From assembly GCA_048213135.1 (NCBI GenBank), contig PS015179.1, forward strand, positions 68,922-120,143: a DNA stretch of 51,222 nt, read 5' to 3'. Positions 13,501-27,700 of this stretch are shown here, piece after piece. Position numbers and translations under genes: made by a program. The stretch's first letter is position 1; each line of letters begins with the position of its first letter. Source of the stretch: Reclinomonas americana ATCC 50394. Its lineage: Eukaryota. Below the pieces are notes generated by a model. That model was not told the origin of the DNA. It worked only from the letters and a program-made list of their open reading frames with translations, and searched no databases.

Positions 13501-15582
13501 TCATGCTGAACGAGCCGCGGGTGCGTTTTCTGTGATGGCTGCGATCGAGTGCGCACTGGCATGCAACCACATACTGACGATGCTCCCTTTCTTGCCTCAC
13601 AGATCAAATCGACTCACTTGTCCAGTGAGCTGCGCTTTGATGTGCTTTCACACCTTCTCAACATTACGCACACGCTGGAGGGGCATTCGCGGGCGAGCGA
13701 GCTGCACCGCGTGTGGACCGAACTGACGGAGGTGCTGTCGAGCATCACCGATCTGCGTCGGCGAATCAGCTACTACCGGTCCACCATTGTACATTTCACA
13801 ATGCGCGGCGAGCTGCCGGCTGCCCAGGAGGCGTACACCCAGCTGCAGCGCATTCTGCGCACGGAGATGCCGGCAGTCGAGCGGATACACTTTGACTGCA
13901 CGGTGGGAGTGGACCCAATTCTGCACGCCCACATTGTGATGGCGCGCAATCACGTGCACATGTGCAACGGTGACGCCGCCGTGCAATGTGTGGATCTGGC
14001 GCACGACTACGTGCAACTGCACAAAATCGACGACGAGCAGAACCGATCGCTGGTTCACATTGGTGGCAGCTACGTGTTGGCGAGTCTCCGCCACTGGCAC
14101 AGACTTCGCGAGGTGTGCATCGACGGCTACCTGACGGCGATGAAGCGCGATGAGTCCACACCTCGGCGAGTGTTTCTCTTTTACTTTTATCTCTCCGAGT
14201 TCTACCGCCATGCACACAGTTACGCGCGCAAGCGTNNNNNNNNNNNNNNNNNNNNNNNNNNNNNNNNNNNNNNNNNNNNNNNNNNNNNNNNNNNNNNNNN
14301 NNNNNNNNNNNNNNNNNNNNNNNNNNNNNNNNNNNNNNNNNNNNNNNNNNNNNNNNNNNNNNNNNNNNNNNNNNNNNNNNNNNNNNNNNNNNNNNNNNNN
14401 NNNNNNNNNNNNNNNNNNNNNNNNNNNNNNNNNNNNNNNNNNNNNNNNNNNNNNNNNNNNNNNNNNNNNNNNNNNNNNNNNNNNNNNNNNNNNNNNNNNN
14501 NNNNNNNNNNNNNNNNNNNNNNNNNNNNNNNNNNNNNNNNNNNNNNNNNNNNNNNNNNNNNNNNNNNNNNNNNNNNNNNNNNNNNNNNNNNNNNNNNNNN
14601 NNNNNNNNNNNNNNNNNNNNNNNNNNNNNNNNNNNNNNNNNNNNNNNNNNNNNNNNNNNNNNNNNNNNNNNNNNNNNNNNNNNNNNNNNNNNNNNNNNNN
14701 NNNNNNNNNNNNNNNNNNNNNNNNNNNNNNNCGTCGGTGTCACACGTTCTATCTCGACGCTCATACGCAGCGCCATCTTCACAGACCTGCCGCCCTTCCC
14801 ACAAGTGTGCTCTCAGTTTATTGAGTTGTCGCCCACACACGACGCCAGCTACGCCATTCGACAGTGCCGTGCGATCGCGGGAGCGCTTCACTCGAGCGAT
14901 TTCGCCTCCATGGTGACCATCAACCTGATCGACGCACTGGTGGTGCACGAGTGCCTCGGAGAGTCGGTGGAACGGCTCAGTTCGCTGCTGTCGCACCAGC
15001 AGAGTCGTGGCGATCACCAGTACCCGTGGTCGTCGCTGTACTGTCGCCTCTGTCGCATCATGTGCCGTCGACTGTTGCACTCGATCAACCAGTTCCACAT
15101 TGCCGACGGAGACTGGAACGACGAACGCTTCCGCTTCCAGGTACACATGCATCGCCGCACGACGCGTTTAGTCTGGTTACTCATCACGTTTTGTCTCCGC
15201 CCAACTACAGCAATCGGAATGGGCTCGTGCATACCACACCATCTCCGACGCCACTGTCATGTGCCTCGGCGAGCAAGCGGTGGATGCGGACATGCATCGC
15301 GTCACCCTGTGCTTGGCGTTCTGGTCCGCCTGCAACATGTACCGCGCCGAGAGACAGCAGCGTGGAGCGCTACGGTGGACCGACGACGAGATCGAGGCCC
15401 TGCTGGCCATTATTGATCAGCCAAAGGTGGAGAGTGCGTGGAACCGGTTGCCGGAGGAGTTGCGCGAGGAAGTCAATGCGACGCAGCACATGGACTGGGA
15501 TCCGCGAAGAAAGGTGGAGGATCGCGACGTGCGCTGGTTGGCGGTGCTGCAGGAGATCGAGAAGAGATTAAGTCGGCACTGA
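4513..15582 (+). CDS. ADCY10 / soluble adenylyl cyclase-like protein: long Pro/Ser-rich N-terminus, two degenerate class III cyclase domains, degenerate STAND P-loop domain, helical C-terminus (spliced, two N-gaps)
   Basis: C1-like: LRRLMGEYFGMICTAVRTFRGDVLSLTGSSAVLYF and GVGDGDLILRLFGGVNGKWHYIFGGTAFEAV. C2-like: RYLAMVYITL, ERGLKAMLLFG, AVGVAGGHAYVGAVGGASRRDFAVVGDLARLAVRL. Then VGRQSELEIL, VVAVAGAAGSGTRTLV (P-loop position, 11123-11146) and VLLAIESVHSMDSES. The 2.8 kb ORF 5890-8703 splices in frame (donor 8700 GTGAGT) into the cyclase exon. Stop TGA at 15582. Confidence 0.75.
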
Positions 15583-15712
15583 GAGCTAAATAATGCTCCA
15601 GTGCTGCACATCTATGAAAAATTTTGTGACATCATTTCATCGCCTGTCAAGTCTACACGTAAAAAAAGTACTCACAATTCCCCCTCCAACAAAAAACCAC
15701 CATTACTCGTCA

Positions 15713-18700
15713 TCACTGCACATACGCACGCGCATCGGAGAGGATCTCTTCCATCGCATCTTGGCTTCCTGTGGTCTGGAAGAGGAAGCGCGCGGCCTTG
15801 TTGGCGACCAAACGCCACTCATTCAAGTCTTCCGCATATCTAGTCTCCAGCACGGCCAGAGCGACAGCCGTGAACCACTGCGTGATACGACTCTCGTACT
15901 TGCGTCCGGCAGCCACGACGCTCGCCACGGGCACGTTGAGAACCGCAGCAATTGCTTCGCAGCGATGCCACACACCACCGGCCTACAACAACAACAACAA
16001 GGCATGGAGTGAGAAGCATGGTTGATGACACAGCGGACGACACCACACGCCGACGCACCGACTGCGAGTACACGAGGCGGTCAAAGAGCACGCGCTGTGG
16101 TGATTGCTGCGGCGCGGCGGCAGCAGACTGCACACACCACAGAAATAAGTCTCTCGTGCTACTGCACAATAGGCTGCCTCGCTCGGCCACAACATACCGA
16201 CTCGCCAGCTGCTGGTGACGGTCCACTGTCGTCGTCGTCGGCGGCTGCGCCGCGCTTCGACGAGGACGCCTGCACACAGAGAGTGAGCCACGATTGTCTC
16301 TGTTTCCAGCTGTGCCCACTCCATTCCATCAGCCAAACCTTGCGACCGCGATGAGGCTTCTTGTTGTACTCGATTGGCGACTTGCGCACGACAGGGTGGG
16401 AGAGAGTGCTGCGTCCGCGGACGGACGGGCGGCGGACTCCGGTCGCACTGTCGGCACGCTCATCCTGAACCACCAGCGACGAATGCTCCGAGGGCAGGTT
16501 GAAGGCCAGCGACCACTGCAGGATCTCCTCCTTGGGACTGCACACAGCACACAAAAGTGTAAGTCTCCACAGGGCACATGCGGTGCGGGGGGAAGAGGCC
16601 ACGCAACGCATTCAGATTCTCGAGTTCACGGATGCGATCGTTCACAGCCAGCGCGTGAATGTCGCGGGATACGAGAGCACTCGAGGGGCTGATTACAGCG
16701 GTCTGCGAAGCCACCAGTCCATCTGCAACAAGAAGAACAAGGAGAAGCAGGTGGAGAAGGAAGAAGAAGCAAAAACACGTCAGACAAATGAAAACAACAC
16801 AAGCCGCGAGGCACGCAAAAAGGCAAGCGCACCGACGGCCGAGTAGTACTCCACGCGGATGCGCACTTCCTCCGGCGGCATCATGGCGTAGAAGTGCAGC
16901 ACACTTCCACCGTACAAACAGGGCAGTTCGTCGAAAAGCGGAGTTACTCGCGGCGACGAGAACGACACCTTGACCGTGGTGAGTGACGACGACAACGCCA
17001 CTACGCAGTTGAGGACACAAACATTCTCCCGTCAGAGGCAGCCGAGAAGGGGACAGACAGACAGCGAGAGAGAGGTGCTGGCACTCAACTGCCAAGCATC
17101 TTGACGACAATGTCGGAGAGACCCTTCTGACCGATTTCGACAAAACTGTGCACACCAGAGCCGATACGAGCCTGCCAACGTGGAGCTGTCAGCGAGGAGT
17201 GCAATCTAACGAAGGAGAACGAGAGAGACGACACCATACCTGTTCCACTACCAAGTGCGGATCGACACCGTCTCCGATACCAATGGTGAACACACGCGTG
17301 TTGGCTGCGGCTCGACGAATGGCCTCGAAGCATGTCTGCTTCTTGTACACACGGCCGTCGGTCAGCAGGAACAATTGGCGCGAGCGGCCGACCTCCACCT
17401 GTCGAGGCGATGTGCCGATTGAGACCAATGTGCAGCAAAAGACAACTGCGACAAATAATGAAAAAAACGCGACGCAACTGGCGTGGAGAGCACACGCTCC
17501 AACACCGGCAGCAGACGGGTGCCAAACATATCGGCTCCCGCCTTGTCAATGTACTCGCGTGCCTCGGCCAGCGTTTCGTCATTGAACGGTCGTGACTCCG
17601 GCCACAACATGTCCAGCCAGTCACCGAACTTGACAATGTTGAAGGGCACGCCGTCCACCAAACTCTGCACAAAGACCTGCATGGCGCGCTTGCTCTCCTC
17701 CATACGCGCACCAGTCATACTGCGCGAGCAATCCAGAATAAAGATGAGCTCCGAATTGTGTGGTCCCAGCAGTTCGCGCGGGGCCACTACAGGAAACAGG
17801 TGACGAAAGAGTGTAAGTGTCGCTGCTTGCTCGAGGTAGCTCGAGAAAAGGGATTAAAAACGCAACACAGAGAAATGCACGCGCAGTACTCCTTGGAGTC
17901 ACCGGCTGCCGCGAGCGGGTCCTTGGCCAGTGTGACGGTGGGGAACGACAGGTGCTCTGGATACACAGCAATGATGGCATAGTCGTGCGCCTCCGGTACC
18001 GCATGGACGACCACGTCGGCAGTGTTGCCGCGGATCTGCGACCGCACATTGTGCGACGGCGACGCCACATCACGCACTGGCGTGCTCAACTGGCAGTGCA
18101 TGGTCATGAGGGCGTGATCGCCACTCCTGGGGAGGGAAAACAACAACACGTTCAGGGAGCGACCTCAGACGAGCAAGCATATTATGGTGTTTCGTTGACA
18201 AGGCACCTGTTTTCTGCCGGAATAAAGTACAGTGGCACAGGGGCCACAATGCTGTTCGACGTCTTGTCGTACGTCGTCTCCGTGGCGTACACCAGTTCGA
18301 CGCCAATCTGAGCGCGGTCATCAGCAAGACAACGAGAAGAAATACAGTGATACTGGTCACCAACACACACACACCTCGTCGCCCGGGTCGACACGGCCAA
18401 TCGACATCAAGTACACCTCCTGATCCAGATCGCGCGTCATGCTGTCGGCATCCTCCGGATTGCCAAAGTCCTCCACTGGCTGCACTTTCGGCTCGCAGGT
18501 GACCTGTGCAACAACGCGATGAGGATACACACGAGGCAGAAAAAAGCCGGCGAGGACGTGCAGAAACGCAACACTCAGTTGACGATTGCCAACGGTGACT
18601 CGCCAGTCGGCCAGTGCGGTCTCGGTGTTCAGTCGCGGGAACACGTACTCGACATCCATCACACTGTTACCCGTGTGCTGGAAGCGCTGCTTGATGCGAA

Positions 18701-21700
18701 TCTCCAGCACAAAGTCTGTAAGGAATGCTGTCNNNNNNNNNNNNNNNNNNNNNNNNNNNNNNNNNNNNNNNNNNNNNNNNNNNNNNNNNNNNNNNNNNNN
18801 NNNNNNNNNNNNNNNNNNNNNNNNNNNNNNNNNNNNNNNNNNNNNNNNNNNNNNNNNNNNNNNNNNNNNNNNNNNNNNNNNNNNNNNNNNNNNNNNNNNN
18901 NNNNNNNNNNNNNNNNNNNNNNNNNNNNNNNNNNNNNNNNNNNNNNNNNNNNNNNNNNNNNNNNNNNNNNNNNNNNNNNNNNNNNNNNNNNNNNNNNNNN
19001 NNNNNNNNNNNNNNNNNNNNNNNNNNNNNNNNNNNNNNNNNNNNNNNNNNNNNNNNNNNNNNNNNNNNNNNNNNNNNNNNNNNNNNNNNNNNNNNNNNNN
19101 NNNNNNNNNNNNNNNNNNNNNNNNNNNNNNNNNNNNNNNNGGATGGCGGGAAGTCCTGGCCACTAACCAATGGCAGCACGGTGCGCGGTCCGGCAATGAA
19201 CTCCTCATCGTCCACGACAAAGTAATCAGTGGTCGATGTGCGTTCCTTCTTGCCCTTCCAGAAGCGGCGTTTCCGTGGAGCATCGGGTGAGGCCTAAAGG
19301 GTGGGTGTTGGTCAGCAACAGGCACAGGAGAGAGGGAGGGAAGGATGGAGCAAGGGAGGGGAGGGAGGGAGGGAGAAATAAGAACGAAAGAAAGAAAGAA
19401 AGAAACAGAGACTAGGAGAGAATGGATGCGCTTGAAATGCATCTCCTCACCTCCGACGACTGGATGGGTGCTGGCATGACATGCACCTCGCTGTGGGATT
19501 GCGGCCAGCTCTGCAGAAACATGTCAGCACACAAACACCACCACATCAGTCGCGCACACAATCTCACGCAGACGGAACGACGTGCACGACGGCTCCGTCC
19601 ACCACGCCAGCTTCCACAAAGGTGAACTCGCTGTTCAGCGGCGCACCACCCGTCGCGTGCAGCGTCACATCCGGCTTCGAGTCGGGCGACACGTCGTCGG
19701 CGCTGCAGACCAGGGCCTTGATTTGCGGCTTCAAGTCGGCAATCGGTTGCACGGCTGGAGACAGAGCGTAAGAAAAACTGACGTGAAGAGTGGAATGTGA
19801 AGTGACGCACGAGAGGCAGTCATCGGAACAGCGTTGCCGCGCGGAGTCTTCAGCGTGAACCGGAGAGGATCCCAGATCTGCCAACAGGAATGGCCTTCAA
19901 CACGAGACAAGAGAATTATTGCAATAAGGGACATTCGATCCGCACCATGTCGACCACAGAGTTCTCCTGAATGCCGAGCTGCAGCAGTGTTGCTTCGTCG
20001 TCCAGCATCGCCTTTCCGTTGTACTGCAGACGAACCTTGCTGGCCGCAGTCGGAGGAGCGCGCTCTGCGTAGCACACTTGCTCCTTCAACTTGAGCACCG
20101 GTGAGGCAGCTGCTCGCAGACAAAAGTTAGATGCACACACAAGCACGTGTGTTTGTGTCACTCTCTCTGACGCAACGGCTCAGCACAATCTCATGACGCG
20201 TGCCCGTGTTGCTCTCCACACGCACAGACACCGGGCGCCAATCCTGCATTCATCGCCAACATGTTGGTGTAAGTGTACAACGAAAAAGATGAATAGTAAC
20301 ATAAAGACAAACGCACCGCTGTCAGGCGTTGGCGCGTGTCGACAACATCGGCGATTCGCGCACTGTCAGTGTCCAGAGGACGGCCGCGGCTGCTGAGCGT
20401 CAGCAGACGAGACTGCTCTACCGGCGCACCCTCGGCGTCGCACACACGTTGCTTGAGGTACAGCACGGTTTCGTTTGCTGTGAAAGGATTAGCGGGTAAC
20501 TCAGAAGAGCAACACGAAAACAGAGAGAGACGCAACGTCGAGCAGGCACGGAGAGCGGCTTGAATGACGGTGTGTCGATCAGCACATCGAGCACAGTAAT
20601 GTCCTGCACCAAAGGGAAAAATGTCAGGTATGCAAAAGGAGACAAACGGAGAAAAATACATCAACGCACTCCAAACACGCTGGAGCTCGGCGCAATGCCG
20701 ATTTCCATCAGCTTCGCCGCGTTGTTGTCCAGCGCGTGGCCGTCGTGTGTCAGAGTGACCAAGTTGGCACGCGACTCGGGAATTCCGTGTGCGCGAGCCA
20801 CATGTGCCTTGGCGTCTCCCACAGTGGTCGCAGCTGTGTCGGCGCCCCACAAATATTGAGAAACACACAGTGGCAGCCGAGATGGGCGTAACAGGGCGTA
20901 CCGAGAAGTGGAACCACCACATGGGTGCCGTCGGGCATGCGCACTGGCACCTGTCCAGGCTCCAGCACCTGACAATGGCACACAAGACGTGAGTTCGTGT
21001 TTACACACTCACCATCGGTCGGCGCGGACTCACCGCTCCCAGCGTGTCACCGTCCTTGATGTCAGTGTCGCCCAACTTGCGAGTGCGATCACCGACCGAC
21101 TGGCCAGCACGATTGATTGTCACCAGCGGGGACGCTGCGATGGGCAAGCCTTCGGCCTCTGCCACCACCTCCTGCACGTCGGAGACCGTGTTCGACGCTG
21201 TTCGCCAACAATTTGAGCGCAAGGACAACGCACGTGCATTTCTGAAAGACGAGGTGAAACGCAACGATCGAGCGTCACATGCACAGTCTTGCCAGTCCAC
21301 GTGCGCACAGCAAATGCCATCGGCAGCCAGTGCTACAGTACGCCGCCGAATCGTGAACACAAATACATAAACAGAGACAAAGCATGAAAAAAGCAATAAA
21401 CTCACCGACGACAGTGGTGTGCCTGACGAAATGCCGACTGCAGCCAGAGACTGGCGATCGGCCTCAGCTGGCAGTGGTTGTCCGTTGCGCGCCAGCGCCA
21501 AGTGATCCGACGCAGCACGCGACACGCCCTCTGCATCGCAAACCTTGTGCTTGACAACCATCACAGGCTCACCAGCTGCGTCGATATACACTCGTTAGCA
21601 CATGCAAGGCAATAAAATGCAACAATCTCCCCACAAAGTGAACCTTGAACAGGCACGGAAATCTGCTTGCCCGACGGCGTCTCGACCGAGAGTGTCAGCG

Positions 21701-24700
21701 CATCGAGCTCCTGTCATCACCAAAATAGTGATGAGAAGCAGAACAGATTGAGGAGCAGCAAGTCACACGCACCGCGTTGATCGTGTCGCCATCCGAGATA
21801 CCACAGTCGACCAGCAGCCGATCATCGCGATCCAGCGACTGGGAGCCGTACAACAGCGTAATCGCTGACGTGTTGGCGGCCGGAATGTCCAGCTTTTCGC
21901 CCACTCGCTTGCGCAACCAGTCAACAGTCGACGTGTCTGCACATTCACGGTAAGCAGTGGACACGCCATAAAAAACACAGCAGAAGCGCAGCATGCGGTA
22001 CGCACAGGAGAGGGGAATAGTTGTGGTACGATCGCCACCCGGCAGCACAACCTTGACGCGCAGCGGACCAAACTCAGCGACCAGTGGCGATCCATTGCGA
22101 ACAGGTGTCGACGCCAGAATGCGTGTGTCTGGTCGCAGAGGCTCGCCAGCATACTTGATGGTCACGTAGCGCACCGCTGACGGCGGCACGTGCTCAAAGT
22201 CGCTGACGGCGCGCTTGATGTCGCCAATTGTGTTTGGCGCTGCTCACAAATATGAGAAGGGCTGCGACACATGCTGCTGCGCAGAAAACACGACACGCAA
22301 CGAATAAGCGACATGGGCACAGTGGAGCCGCTCCATGACTGCACCGTGGGCGCAATAGTCTCCCATTGCTGCGACCAGGATAGTAATGAGGACCAGGATA
22401 GACAAGAGCATGAGGAGAACGTGAGTCTTTGCACTCACCGACGTCAACGCGTCGCCGTCACGCAACCCAGCAGCGGCAATCGACTGCGAATCGTCGCCGA
22501 GAATGACACGATTGTCGGAGGTGAGCAGCGTCAACATGGGCGACGTCTCCGCTGGTACATTCTCTGCCGACAGCACCGACTCCTTGAGCCGAGCAATCGA
22601 ATCCGCGGCTGTACAATAAACATGAGCAACGTGGACAGCAGGCGAACGAGCAAAAACGAAAATGTACACGAAACGCTTCACGTCGGAAACGCGGACACTC
22701 TTGCCCGTGGGTGACACCACCACCAACTGGAATCGTTCCAAGTCCTGCACAAGGACAACGGCATGACAATCAGCCGACGACGACATTCAAGACAACAGAA
22801 GATTGTGACGCACAGCGACAATGGCCTGGTTGCCGAGCAATCCAGCATGCGCCACCGTGGTATCGTCGTCCGAGGGGAGCGTCCGACCTTGATGTTGCAA
22901 GACAATAGAATCGGCGACACGCAGTGGCAGGCCCACTCGCTCGGCGATTCTGTTGCGCACAGATTCGAGCTTCTCCGCAGCTGTGCTCCCCCACACACGA
23001 TTTAGCATGCCGAAGAATACGGTGGCAAAAGGGACGCAAAAACGCACGAGTGACCAGCAGCGGCACGTGCTGATTGTCCCACGTCGTCACGTCGAGCGTA
23101 GACGTTTGCCAGGCCTGCAGCACAGGGGTGGTGAGTGAGTGCAGAATACTTACGCAGATTGTTACTCTGGTCAACGCAACAGAACGCAGTGCTGTTCCGT
23201 CCTGGATGCCGGCACTGCCGAGACGCGACCGGTCGTCGACAGCCACAGGTCGGTTGTCTTCCGTTGTCAGAGTCAACTGCGCAGCGGCAGCGCGTGGCAC
23301 CTTCTCGGCATCACACACCCGCTCCTTGAGCGCACGGATCGTGTCGGACGCTGCATTCGTACAATTAATGAGCAGTGGTTCCACAATGTGAGTGAAGAAA
23401 GGAAGACACACACAACGTTTCAGGTCAGACACTCGCAGATTGGTGCCAGACGGAGCCACCACCAGGATGTTGGCCTCGCCCAATGTCTGCGGCGTGCGCA
23501 CAAAGCGTGGTAAGGAAAAGAGAAGATGACAAGCGGCATGAAAAGTCAAAAACTGTCTACGCAACAGCGTGCACGGTCTCGCCACCGCGGAGTCCCGTGT
23601 CGGCCACTGTGCTGTCCTCCGTGTCGAGCAGCGCACGACCGTGGTCATTCAGCGTAACATACGACGCGGAAGCGGCGGGCAAGCCCTCTGCTTCGGCCAC
23701 TGTCGCCTTGATACTGCGCACCTTGGTGATGGCTGTGCGCGCACGAACAAACAGAAGCAGTGAGCGGCGCAAGAGAGAGGAAAATAGAGGCGGGCGGCAC
23801 GCACCAGACACAGTCATGGGCATGGTGCGACCGCTCCACGTGACCACTTGCAGCGGCATATCCTTCCACAGCTGCAAGGTGGAGCAGTGTTTCAGTAGTT
23901 GTCAGAGAAGCAACTTAAACAATCCCCCAACCCAACTGCAATGATGCGCGAGTTGGCGCCGACGCCACGACTGGCCAGCATGTCGTCGTCCGTGCCCTGC
24001 ACCGGCTGGCCGTTCAACAGCAACAGCAGTTGAGACGCAGCAGTGCCCGGAACGTGTTCAGCCTGGCGATCAATCACACAGCATGCGATTCAGCACACGA
24101 TAAGCCAGAGAAGAACAATGGACTGACAAACCTCGCACACGCGCTCACGGACGCTGCCGACAGTATCCACCGCTGCATTCGCCAACAACGAAAACGCATT
24201 CCGCACGCTTGTGAGATGACAACCGTGCGTACACACATACACACACGGAAGATGAACGCAACGTTTCATGTCGGTGATGTGCAGCACAACAGAGTTCGGT
24301 GTGACGACATCGAACGGTGTCGTGGCGACCTCCTGTGATGCATGTTGAGTAAAATAACAAGCACACTCATCACACTAGCATTAGTGAAAGAGAACAAAAC
24401 TGCAATGAGAAGCTCGCCACCATCCAGCCCGGCTTGCGACACCGTGGTCGCCGCATCAGCAGGCAGTGCACGACCGCGCTCGGTGAATCGGATGCTGCTG
24501 CTGGCAGCGGGCGGCAAGCGCTCCGCCGCCGCCACCGTGTTCTGCAGCTGCGAGAGAGGCGTGACGGCTGTGATGTGTATAGAAATTTGGTGTCAGCACA
24601 TTCGAACACGAGGGTGACGTCTATTGAATAGTAGCGAACGCAACGTTGCACGACCGGCGACAACGACTGGCCCGACCAGGTGACGACGTTGAGAGTGATG

Positions 24701-27700
24701 TCCTTCCAGCGCTGCACACAAGAGTGACCAATTAATAAGCACGCTGACAAGCGAGGAAAAAAAAACACACGCGCAAGCACACAAACCGCTGCCACAGCCG
24801 TGCCACCAACAATGCCGGCCTCGGCCAGGGATCCGCGATCCGGAGTGGTGACCAGGTAGTCACCCTCCTTGATGAGCTGCACCTGAGGCACAGCACTGAC
24901 CGGGGTACCGTCGACTGCTCGCCCCAACCAACAAATGAGTAACACGTGCCCCACAATTACGACAACGACGACGACGACGACGCACTCTGGCAAATGCGCT
25001 CCTTGAAGCGCCCGATGGTCTCGCTCGGCGACACATTCAACGTGCGTCGAGTACCGTTCAAGCTGACCACGGGCACATCAACTGGAATCCAGATGGCGCG
25101 CACAGTGGACCCATCGGCGATACCGGCCGAGCGCAGAGTGGCCTCGTTGGGTACCAGCACGTCGTTGTAGTGAATGGCCAGCGGCTCGGAGGCACGCGGC
25201 GGCAGCCCCTCAATCTCGCACACACGCAGCTTGAGGTCTTGAATCGTATCGGACGCTGGATACAAAACAGAGAAAGTACGTTCAGCCTATGCTGCTTCCA
25301 CGCCTCGGGAAAACACAATGCGTACCGTCGGCGTCGACCTGCACTGGGCGCTCGGGAGGCATAATCACAGTGATTGTGCGAGGTTCCTGCACACGCTTGC
25401 CGTGTCACAGACAATAAGAGAGAAAGACGAGAAAGATGCCAAAACTCACCGGCGCAGATGCAAATGCCGCATACATGTCGTCACCCTGCAGTCAGAAAAG
25501 ATGTCAAAAAAAGAGCCGTACTAAGTACGGGCAAAGGAAAGGGTGGATGACGGTACCTCGAGATCCGCAAACTGTCACGACAGAAGAGCGATAAACATGA
25601 ATTAACAACGAATGTATGAGCGACCGGTGCAACAAGAAAAGAACGCACTCCTCCAAGTGGCGGAATGTAGCTGCACAGGAAACGGAACATGTGAGATGGG
25701 AGCGGCGGTAAAAGACTCAGGGGAGTGCCGGCAACTCACCGGTAGCGATAGTCGGGCTTGACTCCAGTGGTTTGCGGTGACCGTGGCTGCGATGACAGGG
25801 TGAGCACACCATGCACACAACATGAAGAGCAACGGCTACCAACCTCGACGTCCACGATAATGTCGTCGTTCCATGTCTGTTTCATGCAGTTGCGTGTTCA
25901 GGACAACAAACTGATGCTAACACGCAGCACAGCAACACTAACCGCCTCAATCGTGGATCCAGGCTTGACGTTGTACGCTCGGAGCTTTCGCGTCGGATCG
26001 GAGAGCTCGGCGTCGGCAAAGGTGAGCGACAGCGTGTCTGCCGCGGGTCGAGGCAGTGCCTCCGCCTGTTGAACAGCAAGCCAAGTGTCAATCCACAGAG
26101 CGAAAGCACAAGCAACATTATATCTGGACACACGCAACGGTCACGACAGCGTTGCGCAGATCCTGCACGGAGTTGTCGCGAGCTGATGCAGACCTCAATC
26201 TGTCAGTCCCAGCAAAAAAACAGAAAAAGACCACACGGAAAACGCAACGATTCACGGCACACACAATGGGTCGATCGTCAGGCAACACCACCGTCACTTG
26301 CGTCGGGCCAGCACGCTGCAAGTAACGCCATGTGAGCAACACTGGATAAAAAATACAAAACAAATATAGTTATAGACCTGAGGAGCAGTGGCACCGGCCG
26401 GCCAGGTAAGCGTCAGCGGCTCGGCTTGAGTGGCATTGAGCACGGTGACTGGCGTGTCGGCGGCCACGGCGGCATTGCGAACAGTGGCAGCAGGCAGAGG
26501 AGCCTGTGGCACTCCTTCCGCAACACAGGCGCGACGGACGGCATCACTGACCGTGTCGGATGCGGCAACCGGAATCAACTCTGTGCGCTGCGGGTGCACT
26601 CGCACCGGCAGCATGATGAAGGGGCACTCGACGTGGTCCACCGCCGGCATGTGCGCCATGTGAGCCTGCACGAGCAAATTAGAGATGACCTACATTTGTC
26701 GCTCACACGCCCGCACACATATGCTTACGCACCACAGACTGGATGGCAGCAGTTGGTGGCCACGACTGCACGAAAGAGATGTCAGCTACGCGCTGCGCAT
26801 GGCATAATGCAGCAGGCGGTACGCAACTCCCACGAGGCGGTCATTCGGTTCGACGCCAGCAGCGGCCAGCGTGGCAGCGTTGTCCGCCAGCACACGATTG
26901 TCGTGACGCAGGACCAGCGAGCCAGCGGCCTCGGCCGGCAGAACCTCGGCGCCCACCAACATCTCCTTGAGGCGTCGGACAGTTGTTTCACGCACTAACA
27001 CCGTCGATGAGTGAGCGGGAATGACAGCGAGAGAAAACGGAAAAAACAGGGGAATCACTCACCTCGCACAAGGCACGCCAGCGAGCGACCACCAGGCATC
27101 GTGACGTAAACACGCTCCGGAACAGCAGCGCTCTGACATTTTTTGTGCATGAGCACGCGCACCGCAAGAGACACGAGCAATAAAGTAGGAAACGCTCACC
27201 GGTGGTGCCGGAGCATTCGATGGCCACGCCAACACGAGCGGTGTGGCGTCGGTGACTCCCAGCTTGCGTACAGGGGCGTTGCCGGGCATCTTGATGCCAG
27301 CCACCGTGGCAGCCACTGGTTGTGCGCCCTGAGGCGGCACCAGGGACGCTTCACCGAGATTCACTCGGCGCACCACATCGTCGACCAGATCGTCGACGGC
27401 AGCGTCCACTGTCTCTCGTCTGCCCGACGGGAGGACCACCGGAACAGACTGCGTCGGTCGGTACACGTAGCGCACAATCGGCGTAGTGGCGCCGAGGCCA
27501 GTGTCGGGCGACCGAGCAACGGCAATCGGCGGCGACGTGAACTGCGCGACGTCAGAAAGGGTCACAAAGCAAAACACACGCACGCACACAAAGACGCACC
27601 TCTGGGGCCAGCACGGTGGCGTTGGCAGGCCACTCCTGTGTCACGAATCGAGATAAGTAAAGGAGAGAGAGAAATAGTGCGGAGAGGAAGAGAAGAAACA